Virus record (IMG/VR): IMGVR_UViG_3300020119_000145
Coordinates: 1-39,558 of that record
Length of the DNA stretch: 39,558 nt
Reading direction: 5' to 3' (one strand)
Source of the DNA: a virus
The notes below the pieces were generated by a model. That model saw only the letters and a program-made list of their open reading frames with translations. It was not told the DNA's origin and did no database searches. Made by a program: the position numbers and the translations under genes. Below, one piece after another: positions 34,034-39,558 of this stretch (positions are counted from its first letter, which is position 1; each line of letters opens with the position of its first letter).

Positions 34034-34333
34034 TTAAAAGTCAGGCATTGCATCGTCGAAGAATGGTGGAATGTTGGCCTGATTCTTTTGCGTGTGGGCC
34101 GGTTGTTGGCGGGCTTGATCCACGGCCTCCTGACGGGGTTTCGGATCAAAGGCGGCCAACCAAATACTTCCCTCTGCATCGATCTTACAACCTGCCGGAT
34201 TAAAGCAAGCGTCCAGTTTGATGCGAAGCCCCTTATCAGTCTCCAATAGCGTCCCTACCTTGCGAGTGATGTATTTCTTCTGCCCGTCTTTTTCGTAGGT
34301 GCCGATCGTTGCTACGATGTCACGATATGCCAT
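34034..34333 (-). CDS. Putative ssDNA-binding protein (short, with SSB-like acidic C-terminal tip)
   Basis: The C-terminus ...IPPFFDDAMPDF resembles the SSB tip DDDIPF. The gene lies immediately downstream of the annealase. Confidence 0.45.
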   Translation of the reverse strand: MAYRDIVATIGTYEKDGQKKYITRKVGTLLETDKGLRIKLDACFNPAGCKIDAEGSIWLAAFDPKPRQEAVDQARQQPAHTQKNQANIPPFFDDAMPDF

Positions 34334-35040
34334 TACTTTGAACTCCCGAAAAATGATTCCCTAAACTCGGTGCTTTTCATAATCTTGATTTGCTCCGTGG
34401 TAAAACAACCCCCGCGTGATGGCGCTCTCCATAGCCCAATGCGGACATGCCGTGGCAGCTCTTCCCATGCCTCACAGGCTGGAGACAATTCGCCCTTATC
34501 AATGCCCTCTTGAATCGCTTTAATGCTTTTGGCGTAAATCTCCTGGTAGTACTCAAACCGTTCCTGCGCGATCATTTCCGCGTACTTCTCGACAAACTGA
34601 TCGTGCGAGCGAGACAGCAGCGGGAGTTCACTAGAGGCGATCTTCCACGAGCTTCCCGCAGCCTCCAGAGCGACCCAGGTGTTTGGTAGGCTGTAGAGGT
34701 ACTGACCTATTCCCCACAGCACTGCAGCGCGCTTAAAGGCATCGGAGAGCTTGCCTTTTTCCGCCTCAACGTCGGTATCCCCGGCCCCGTTGGATTTCCA
34801 TATCCATTCATTACCGACCCTAATTCCGATATCACAGACTACGGTCTTGCCATCGGACCAGGAGTATTTGTTCTGCCAGTTCGCCGGTCCACAGACCCCA
34901 TCCAATCGACGCATAACATCGCGCGCATCCAGGTATCCAAGAGCGATGCCTTTGCTCTTGTCTTTCGTTGTAGCACCGACCCGCCAATTGATTTGGGATG
35001 AAGTAAACGGCGCCGCCAAGGCATCGAAATTAATGTCCAT
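34333..35040 (-). CDS. Rad52/Rad22-type single-strand annealing protein (Sak-like)
   Basis: INWRVGATTKDKSKGIALGYLDARDVMRRLDGVCGPANWQ ... GAGDTDVEAEKGKLSDAFKRAAVLWGIGQYLY is the classic Rad52-family signature. The start is trimmed to MDINFD (alternative 35085). Confidence 0.85.
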   Translation of the reverse strand: MDINFDALAAPFTSSQINWRVGATTKDKSKGIALGYLDARDVMRRLDGVCGPANWQNKYSWSDGKTVVCDIGIRVGNEWIWKSNGAGDTDVEAEKGKLSDAFKRAAVLWGIGQYLYSLPNTWVALEAAGSSWKIASSELPLLSRSHDQFVEKYAEMIAQERFEYYQEIYAKSIKAIQEGIDKGELSPACEAWEELPRHVRIGLWRAPSRGGCFTTEQIKIMKSTEFRESFFGSSK

Positions 35041-35206
35041 GCTCAGAACTCTCTTGTTCAGCAAACAATATCTTGTGTCCTTCATCCAAAGCGATACCGC
35101 GCTCCCAGCTGCCTAACGGGTATTTGCGGTGCTCGTTCAAAGTCCCTTCCTGTCGATAGGCCTTGCCCACATCGAAGCGGATTTGTGTTTCTGACTTTTC
35201 ACTCAT
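35030..35206 (-). CDS. Hypothetical 58-aa protein
   Basis: Track ORF trimmed to MSEKSETQ, giving an ATGA overlap with the upstream gene on the minus strand. Confidence 0.4.
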   Translation of the reverse strand: MSEKSETQIRFDVGKAYRQEGTLNEHRKYPLGSWERGIALDEGHKILFAEQESSEHGH

Positions 35207-35433
35207 GGTGACTCCCTCGCTGGTTTGGGTGCCCCGCAGTCCAAACAATGAATACCGTCTAATAGTTCAATCCAGACATGTTCACATGCCCGCATCCGCC
35301 AACCAATCATATTTGCCGACTTACAAAAAGATTCCGCTTCTTCAGGGTGAGAAAAGCTGGCTACAAGCCTTCCAGTGTCTTCGCCAAACACAAGGCCATT
35401 CGCTTTATGAATTAAATTTTCACCAAAGTTCAT
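35203..35433 (-). CDS. Hypothetical protein (alternative TTG start at 35502)
   Basis: Track ORF trimmed to the first in-frame ATG (MNFGENL). The C-terminus has a CxxC. Confidence 0.4.
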   Translation of the reverse strand: MNFGENLIHKANGLVFGEDTGRLVASFSHPEEAESFCKSANMIGWRMRACEHVWIELLDGIHCLDCGAPKPARESP

Positions 35434-35508
35434 GACGCATGCCTGCAAATCAATACCACCATCACCATGGCAAATCCCATACTGAGAAGGATTGCACCCC
35501 AAGCACTG

Positions 35509-35676
35509 TTAAGGAGTTTGTTCATCATCTTCGTAATCATCCTCATCAAACTCCACCACAGGCTCGGGAATACCGTTGATCAGTTTGAAATTAAGCCGTG
35601 GTCGATACGGATCACCGATAGATTGTTCGTAGGCTTCGGTATCGTTGATAACCATGTGGTTTTCTAAGTCAGGCAT
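35509..35676 (-). CDS. Hypothetical 55-aa acidic protein, first gene of the leftward operon
   Basis: Hand-translated: MPDLENHMVINDTEAYEQSIGDPYRPRLNFKLINGIPEPVVEFDEDDYEDDEQTP. GGAGA lies 7 nt upstream. Confidence 0.5.
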   Translation of the reverse strand: MPDLENHMVINDTEAYEQSIGDPYRPRLNFKLINGIPEPVVEFDEDDYEDDEQTP

Positions 35677-35703
35677 TGGAGCGTCTCCGCAGTTGATGGA
35701 GTG

Positions 35704-35732
35704 ATTAAAACAAAGACGATTCCTCTTGTCAA
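35704..35732 (-). promoter_or_regulatory. Leftward (PL-like) promoter TTGACA-17 nt-TTTAAT
   Basis: On the minus strand the -35 is the complement of 35727..35732 and the -10 is the complement of 35704..35709, with a 17-nt spacer. It lies upstream of the 35676 start. Confidence 0.6.
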
Positions 35733-35754
35733 TGCCATTGGTAACATATATTAT
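35726..35754 (+). promoter_or_regulatory. Rightward (PR-like) promoter TTGTCA-17 nt-TATTAT driving cro
   Basis: -35 at 35726..35731 and -10 at 35749..35754. The -35 overlaps the leftward -35 in the shared palindrome-like TTGTCAA. The 5-1-5 palindrome CAATGcCATTG (35730..35740) lies in the spacer. Confidence 0.6.
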
Positions 35755-35783
35755 TAATGGACATTAAATATCTCGGAGGCAGC

Positions 35784-35957
35784 ATGACACCAAAACAAGT
35801 TATTACCCATTTCGGCTCAGTACAGAAAGCGGCATTAGCCATCGGTATGACGACACAATGTGTCTATCAGTGGCAGAAGAACAACAAAATCCCCTACGCT
35901 TCACAGCGGATTATCGAGCTGTTGACCGATCATAAACTAGAGGCTAGAAAGCCATGA
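35784..35957 (+). CDS. cro: Cro-type HTH regulator (P22 Cro-like)
   Basis: GGAGG lies 4 nt upstream. VITHFGSVQKAALAIGMTTQCVYQWQKNNKIPYASQRIIELLT aligns with remembered P22 Cro VIDHFGTQRAVAKALGISDAAVSQWKEVIPEKDAYRLEIVT. Confidence 0.8.
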   Translation: MTPKQVITHFGSVQKAALAIGMTTQCVYQWQKNNKIPYASQRIIELLTDHKLEARKP

Positions 35958-36451
35958 CGCTAGAAAGTGATTTTGAACGGTTTAATGGCGCCATGTCATA
36001 CGACAAAGATAGCGGAAATATTACATGGAGGATATGGGTTTCTTCTAGCTCATCAATAGGCAGCATTGCTGGGCATGCCAACAAGAAAGGCTACATCTAT
36101 ATTGGGCTTGGAAATAAGATCTATCTGGCACATAGAGTGGCGTGGCTACTTCATTATGGAGAATGGCCAGACAAGAATATAGACCATATAAATGGCAACC
36201 CTTCAGATAATCGGATATTAAACCTGAGATGTGTATCGCAATCAGTGAATATGCAGAATTTGAGAAATCCGCCGTCTCATAATAAATCAGGGCTAATGGG
36301 AGTTAGCTGGTTTACTGCGGGCTCTAAATGGAGGGCCACCATAACAATTGGGGGGAAAGAAAAACACCTTGGATATTTTATAGATAAACAGGAGGCGTAT
36401 GAAACATACCTGGAAGCAAAAAGAAGACTTCACGAGGGATGCACTATTTAA
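35954..36451 (+). CDS. HNH homing endonuclease with AP2-like domain (paralog of 4851..5351)
   Basis: AHRVAWLLHYGEWPDKNIDHINGNPSDNRILNLR followed by SGLMGVSW...WRATITIGGKEKHLGYFIDKQEAYETY. Confidence 0.85.
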   Translation: MTLESDFERFNGAMSYDKDSGNITWRIWVSSSSSIGSIAGHANKKGYIYIGLGNKIYLAHRVAWLLHYGEWPDKNIDHINGNPSDNRILNLRCVSQSVNMQNLRNPPSHNKSGLMGVSWFTAGSKWRATITIGGKEKHLGYFIDKQEAYETYLEAKRRLHEGCTI

Positions 36452-36602
36452 TATTTATACTTTGATCGAGTTAGTCACCAAAGGAAAATTAAAGCGAGAA
36501 CAATCATGAACGATGACATCACTCCAGGCAATACAGCCCCGCTTATCTGGGCTGTATTGATTATTGCCCTCGGTGCTTTGTATGAAGTATGGAGATTTAT
36601 CT

Positions 36603-36905
36603 ATGGATGATCGAGGCTCCGGGAGAACCACACAACAAATGCTAAATGCGCCGCTGAATTCGGTTTTTATTTGGTGTAATCACCGCATCGATTATCCAAA
36701 GAGGCTTGCTTGCGATCTTAATCGAAATGATTTAGTTGTCGTTCCTCCCTCTTGGTTATCTAGCTGCGATTGGGTTGGGCAGACGCTTACCGGCATCGTT
36801 ATTGATCATGCCGCCAAGCTAACTGGCTCTCAGCAACATTACCTAATTAAAGCAATAGAAAGAATCAGGCAAGCACCACAACCCACGCATCAGGAGAGCC
36901 AGTAG
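36603..36905 (+). CDS. Hypothetical protein with GSGRTT P-loop-like N-terminal motif
   Basis: Track ORF trimmed to the ATG at 36603 (MDDRGSGRTTQQML). No family recognised. Confidence 0.45.
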   Translation: MDDRGSGRTTQQMLNAPLNSVFIWCNHRIDYPKRLACDLNRNDLVVVPPSWLSSCDWVGQTLTGIVIDHAAKLTGSQQHYLIKAIERIRQAPQPTHQESQ

Positions 36906-37082
36906 ATGGATGATCGCATGCCCTGTAAAACCCCTGACTGTCGACGCCATGTGGAATCTGTCCGGCGTGAATTAGGCTTGGATACGTGCTTTGCCTGTAG
37001 TGTGGGGGATATCCGCAAGATATTTGAAACGGAAAAAGAGTTGCGGCAGAAATTATTGGCTAGGCTTGGAGGAAAAGAATGA
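36906..37082 (+). CDS. Hypothetical 58-aa Cys-containing protein
   Basis: Hand-translated (MDDRMPCKTPDCRRH...CFAC...). It abuts the previous stop and makes an ATGA overlap with the next gene. Confidence 0.4.
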   Translation: MDDRMPCKTPDCRRHVESVRRELGLDTCFACSVGDIRKIFETEKELRQKLLARLGGKE

Positions 37083-37291
37083 AAGCAAAATTTATGATTG
37101 AAAATCCAGATGACTTGGAAGCAACGCTGAAGTTGACCATGACAATTAAAGAATGGGGAGAGCTGCGTGATCAGCTTGCTACTGCTTGGCCATCGGCTCG
37201 GCTGTCTACAATAATTACCAATGTGCTTTTCGAAGCAAGAAAGGTTTATTACGCGCCCGAGATTGATCCGCTTACATCAGGCAACTACTAA
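37079..37291 (+). CDS. Hypothetical protein
   Basis: Track ORF with GGAGGAAAAG upstream. Confidence 0.5.
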   Translation: MKAKFMIENPDDLEATLKLTMTIKEWGELRDQLATAWPSARLSTIITNVLFEARKVYYAPEIDPLTSGNY

Positions 37292-37339
37292 TAGTGATTA
37301 ATCTCAATATTTTTTCATTCGAAAACCAGGAGAAGTGAA

Positions 37340-37492
37340 ATGAAACCACTAACAACCGCTCAGAATTTATACCTCGCGCTTGGCGCTGATCCAGTGTGGC
37401 TATTAACGGTTACACATCGCGTTCGAGGATCAAGCTACACAAAGAAAGGCCCCGGCCGCTACCATCGCCAAGGCAAGCCTAAAAATAAATAA
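37340..37492 (+). CDS. Hypothetical 50-aa basic protein
   Basis: Hand-translated. AGGAGAAG lies 5 nt upstream. It is followed by the bidirectional hairpin. Confidence 0.4.
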   Translation: MKPLTTAQNLYLALGADPVWLLTVTHRVRGSSYTKKGPGRYHRQGKPKNK

Positions 37493-37499
37493 GTTCAAT

Positions 37500-37524
37500 G
37501 CGGTGAAGTATCCAGCCTCACCGC
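37500..37524. terminator. Hairpin between convergent genes (possible bidirectional terminator)
   Basis: GCGGTGA-11 nt-TCACCGC with T/A-rich flanks on both strands. It lies between the + gene ending at 37492 and the - gene ending at 37531. Confidence 0.45.
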
Positions 37525-37530
37525 TATTAT

Positions 37531-37746
37531 TCAACCAGTAATTGCAGTATTCAGTTGTGCCGTATTAGCCAGGATCGCATCCGCAGCCGCTTGTACAGCC
37601 GGATCGGAACTGGTTTTCAGTTGGGTAATCAGATCGACTACTTGCGTAATCACGGCGGTCTGTGCTTGTACAGCAGCGGTAAGGTTATCAGTTGCAGTGC
37701 TCATTCGATTTAACTCCCCAAGAAGGTGTTTGAAGTATTTGAACAT
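37531..37746 (-). CDS. Hypothetical Ala/Thr/Gln-rich helical protein (minus-strand island)
   Basis: Track ORF. An alternative start at MSTATDNL is possible. No family recognised. Confidence 0.45.
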   Translation of the reverse strand: MFKYFKHLLGELNRMSTATDNLTAAVQAQTAVITQVVDLITQLKTSSDPAVQAAADAILANTAQLNTAITG

Positions 37747-38005
37747 AGGATGCCCCTAGACGAGCCTAAAGCATAACTTTGAATGCTGACAGATTCCGTG
37801 CGACAGCACACAGAGTATTAATACGGGATCACAATGATAGATGGCTGACAGGAAGGATGCGGTGGCCGGTGCTGATCTCCGGCTTGCCCAACCGCGTTTC
37901 AGAGGTTATTCGAGCACTCGAAGTCTCGACATAGACTCATCCGTCATTTGGGCGCTTCTTTCATTTGCGTTCGCGCATCAGCACTGCGCATTCACCGCAC
38001 ACCAA

Positions 38006-38242
38006 TCATAGCTCAACCGGTCTGAACAAGGGAATCTTTGGGATCGAAGGCGGTGGGAAGTTAGCCTCTTTGTACTCCTGCGTTCCCTCATGCCAATATC
38101 GCAAGGTGGGGTAGGCATCCTCGGCCCCGTACTCGGAAAGCGTTCTATGACGCAGCCAAGCGTCTCTCCATAAGTTAAAGCCTTCGGTATGCTCTTGACC
38201 CTTAATCTCCCAGCACACTAAGTAACGCGGCAATTGTTCCAT
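38006..38242 (-). CDS. Hypothetical protein diverging from the LexA-DBD gene (alternative GTG start 38296)
   Basis: Track ORF trimmed to MEQLPRY. It is Trp/Glu-rich, and I saw no HTH or clear SD. Confidence 0.4.
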   Translation of the reverse strand: MEQLPRYLVCWEIKGQEHTEGFNLWRDAWLRHRTLSEYGAEDAYPTLRYWHEGTQEYKEANFPPPSIPKIPLFRPVEL

Positions 38243-38329
38243 TGTCGTGATTCCAGTTTTGATCGGGAGGAAAACTCTAAATCGGCAGTAATTCACACTT
38301 CAAAATAATAATTGCTATCGAATTCAAGC

Positions 38330-38408
38330 GGTTAATTAGGTTACTCAATCGATTGTTACGGTACCTTTTGTAACGTTTTCAATGTTACTTCGAGTAATTG
38401 GTTAATTA
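38330..38408. promoter_or_regulatory. Array of GTTAC/GTAAC motifs at ~15-bp spacing, bracketed by two GGTTAATTA copies exactly 70 bp apart
   Basis: GGTTAATTA at 38330..38338 and 38400..38408. GTTAC at 38340, 38355 and 38384, and GTAAC at 38370. All lie in the divergent intergenic region. Confidence 0.5.
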
Positions 38409-38457
38409 TTAGTCAGATTTCCAATGAAAATAATGACTTATTGTGCGAAAAAAGTGT

Positions 38458-38486
38458 TTGTAAATTTAGGCGAGCTCATCTATATT
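38458..38486 (+). promoter_or_regulatory. Promoter TTGTAA-17 nt-TATATT for the LexA-DBD/replication operon
   Basis: -35 at 38458..38463 and -10 at 38481..38486 with a 17-nt spacer. Confidence 0.5.
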
Positions 38487-38490
38487 AACA

Positions 38491-38506
38491 CTGTGCATTA
38501 AAACAA
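38491..38506. promoter_or_regulatory. SOS-box-like operator CTGT-N8-ACAA
   Basis: ctgtgcattaaaacaa matches 7 of 8 core positions of the beta/gamma-proteobacterial LexA box CTGT-N8-ACAG. It starts 5 nt after the -10. Confidence 0.4.
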
Positions 38507-38530
38507 ATAAGCTTAACTGAGTATTTCATT

Positions 38531-38746
38531 ATGCCTTCTGCTGAATTGACGGGTACACAAGAGCAAATTCTTAAATATATAAAATCATTTTCTAAGAAGA
38601 ATGGGTTTCCTCCCACGCAAAAAGAGATCGCTGAGTGTTTTCTAGTGTATCCCAATGCGGCCAGATCACACCTCCTGGCGATGGAGAAAAAGGGCGCAAT
38701 CAAGTTATTTCCGGGTATGTCTCGCGGCATTCAGTGCCTTATCTGA
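38531..38746 (+). CDS. Stand-alone LexA N-terminal DNA-binding domain (no hinge cleavage site, no S24 peptidase domain)
   Basis: LTGTQEQILKYIKSFSKKNGFPPTQKEIAECFLVYPNAARSHLLAMEKKGAIKLFPGMSRGIQCL aligns with remembered E. coli LexA 4-69 ([66 protein letters not shown]). The stop comes 2 codons later. Confidence 0.8.
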   Translation: MPSAELTGTQEQILKYIKSFSKKNGFPPTQKEIAECFLVYPNAARSHLLAMEKKGAIKLFPGMSRGIQCLI

Positions 38747-38756
38747 GGCCACGGCC

Positions 38757-39275
38757 ATGCCAATTGAAAAAGAAGATGGCTATCGGTTAATCAAGGAGGG
38801 TGCAAGTTTTACAACACTGCCAAACTCATCGATAGATGCAGTTAGAAGCCCTGTTGCACTCGCCATCTGGGTCCATCTTTGTATGAAGCCGGAGGACTGG
38901 ATTGTTAGGCGCTCAGAAATTATGCAGCGATTCTCCATAGGTCGGGATAAATATCAGGAGTGCATGCGGGAGCTTAGGGCCCTTGGCCTAGTCTGGGATT
39001 ACCACATTCGTGATGAAAATGGCGGTTTTCTCGATAAGGCCATTGTTTGCGGGTTGACTATTGATCCATTGAAAAACAGCCGAGAGCCTGAAATTCAGGC
39101 TGTCCGCCGAGAGCCTGAAAACCCGAAAGACGGTAAACCCGAAAGACGGCAAATCAGGCCCCTTACTAAAGAAAGAGTTATTACTAATAAAAGAATACTT
39201 ACAAATGGTGAAAATGCTTTTGATCGATTAATGGACAAAAGCTGGGCAATAGGATTGGTTGATGAAATTATCTGA
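38757..39275 (+). CDS. Putative replication initiator (winged-helix, O/RepA-like) with internal iterons
   Basis: Track ORF trimmed to the ATG at 38757. The N-terminal FTTLPNSSIDAV...LAIWVHLCMKPEDW...RELRALGLV pattern is typical of wHTH initiators. It has a low-complexity linker encoded by direct repeats. Position fits. Confidence 0.45.
   Translation: MPIEKEDGYRLIKEGASFTTLPNSSIDAVRSPVALAIWVHLCMKPEDWIVRRSEIMQRFSIGRDKYQECMRELRALGLVWDYHIRDENGGFLDKAIVCGLTIDPLKNSREPEIQAVRREPENPKDGKPERRQIRPLTKERVITNKRILTNGENAFDRLMDKSWAIGLVDEII
39079..39149. repeat. Iteron-like direct repeats, followed by an AT-rich tract: candidate origin
   Basis: GCCGAGAGCCTGAAA occurs at 39079..39093 and 39106..39120. AACCCGAAAGACGG occurs at 39120..39133 and 39136..39149. 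The palindrome CCTGAAATTCAGG is at 39087..39099. An AT-rich stretch follows at about 39162..39235. Confidence 0.55.
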
Positions 39276-39558
39276 ATATCTGCGGCTTAAGTGCCGGGTG
39301 CCTGCGCTAACTAGACCAGAGGCTAAAACGATTGGCGTCCCTTATCCGCTAGTTAAAGGCTGGGCAATTAAATATGCGGAGCTGGAGGTTCCTGATCTGC
39401 TGGCTGGCGCGGCTCACCTAAGCAAGAATGAGCGCAAGAAAATTGCTGGGCAAGTTCGCTCGCTGAAAAACCAACAACCCAAAAAACAAAAGCCAATTAA
39501 ACAGCCAAAAGTTAAAAAGTTGAAGGTTAAAAGCGCGGTAGAGCATCCTGATTATGCA
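39262..39558 (+). CDS. HNH endonuclease, 5' part (continues at 128..409 across the junction)
   Basis: The ATG at 39262 overlaps the end of the initiator gene. The frame stays open to the window end and is in phase with 89..409. Total length is about 192 aa. Confidence 0.8.
   Translation, partial: MKLSEYLRLKCRVPALTRPEAKTIGVPYPLVKGWAIKYAELEVPDLLAGAAHLSKNERKKIAGQVRSLKNQQPKKQKPIKQPKVKKLKVKSAVEHPDYA
39432..39558. repeat. Terminal exact duplication, copy 2 (identical to 1..127)
   Basis: See copy 1. Confidence 0.95.

Noticed and set aside
35677-35783. Additional SOS boxes (CTGT-N8-ACAG) at the cro/leftward promoters and at the 3896 promoter
   Set aside because: I read both strands of these intergenic regions and found no CTGT-N8-ACAG or ACAA match. 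Only the shared 11-mer ATTAAAACAAA was found. I could not do a genome-wide scan by eye.
38655-38756. N-terminal extension of the initiator ORF (track start 38655)
   Set aside because: The extension overlaps the LexA-DBD gene in another frame. The ATG at 38757, just after that gene's stop, is the sensible start.
1-39558. CRISPR array, diversity-generating retroelement, transposase/IS, toxin-antitoxin pair, DNA methyltransferase
   Set aside because: I saw no spaced identical repeats, no reverse-transcriptase or transposase motifs, and no methyltransferase motifs in any track ORF. Absence is based on reading only.

Overview
The window looks like one complete tailed-phage genome. Bases 1..127 are identical to 39432..39558, so the unique length is 39,431 bp, and an HNH endonuclease gene reads straight across the junction. 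All calls rest on reading the sequence and remembering protein families; no search was run.

Gene content is lambdoid/P22-like:
- Early rightward arm (+ strand, about 35784 through the junction to 7972): P22-type Cro, a stand-alone LexA DNA-binding domain, an O/RepA-like initiator with internal iterons, many tiny translationally coupled Cys-rich ORFs, a Lar-like anti-restriction protein, NinB, NinG and three HNH endonucleases.
- Early leftward operon (- strand, 35676 to 34034): Rad52-type annealase and an SSB-like protein.
- Late arm (+ strand, 8047..34017): five unusual glycan-binding or fibre-like proteins, a GroES-like co-chaperonin, small and large terminase, P22-like portal, scaffold, P22-type coat, two small terminator-flanked virion proteins, a fibre sharing their N-terminus, gp4-like and gp10-like tail factors, a needle/fibre, an Asp/Asn-hydroxylase-like oxygenase plus GNAT pair, three ejection-type proteins, one opposite-strand membrane ORF, a beta-helix tailspike and a non-canonical lysis cassette.

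I recognised no integrase, CI-type repressor, Q-type antiterminator, DNA polymerase, helicase or canonical lysozyme.

Most interesting items:
- a tRNA-like RNA clamped by a perfect 22-bp stem, downstream of a promoter with a tandem 11-bp repeat;
- the LexA-DBD-only gene with an SOS-box-like operator;
- back-to-back promoters with overlapping -35 boxes and no repressor gene between them;
- the enzyme pair inside the ejection module.
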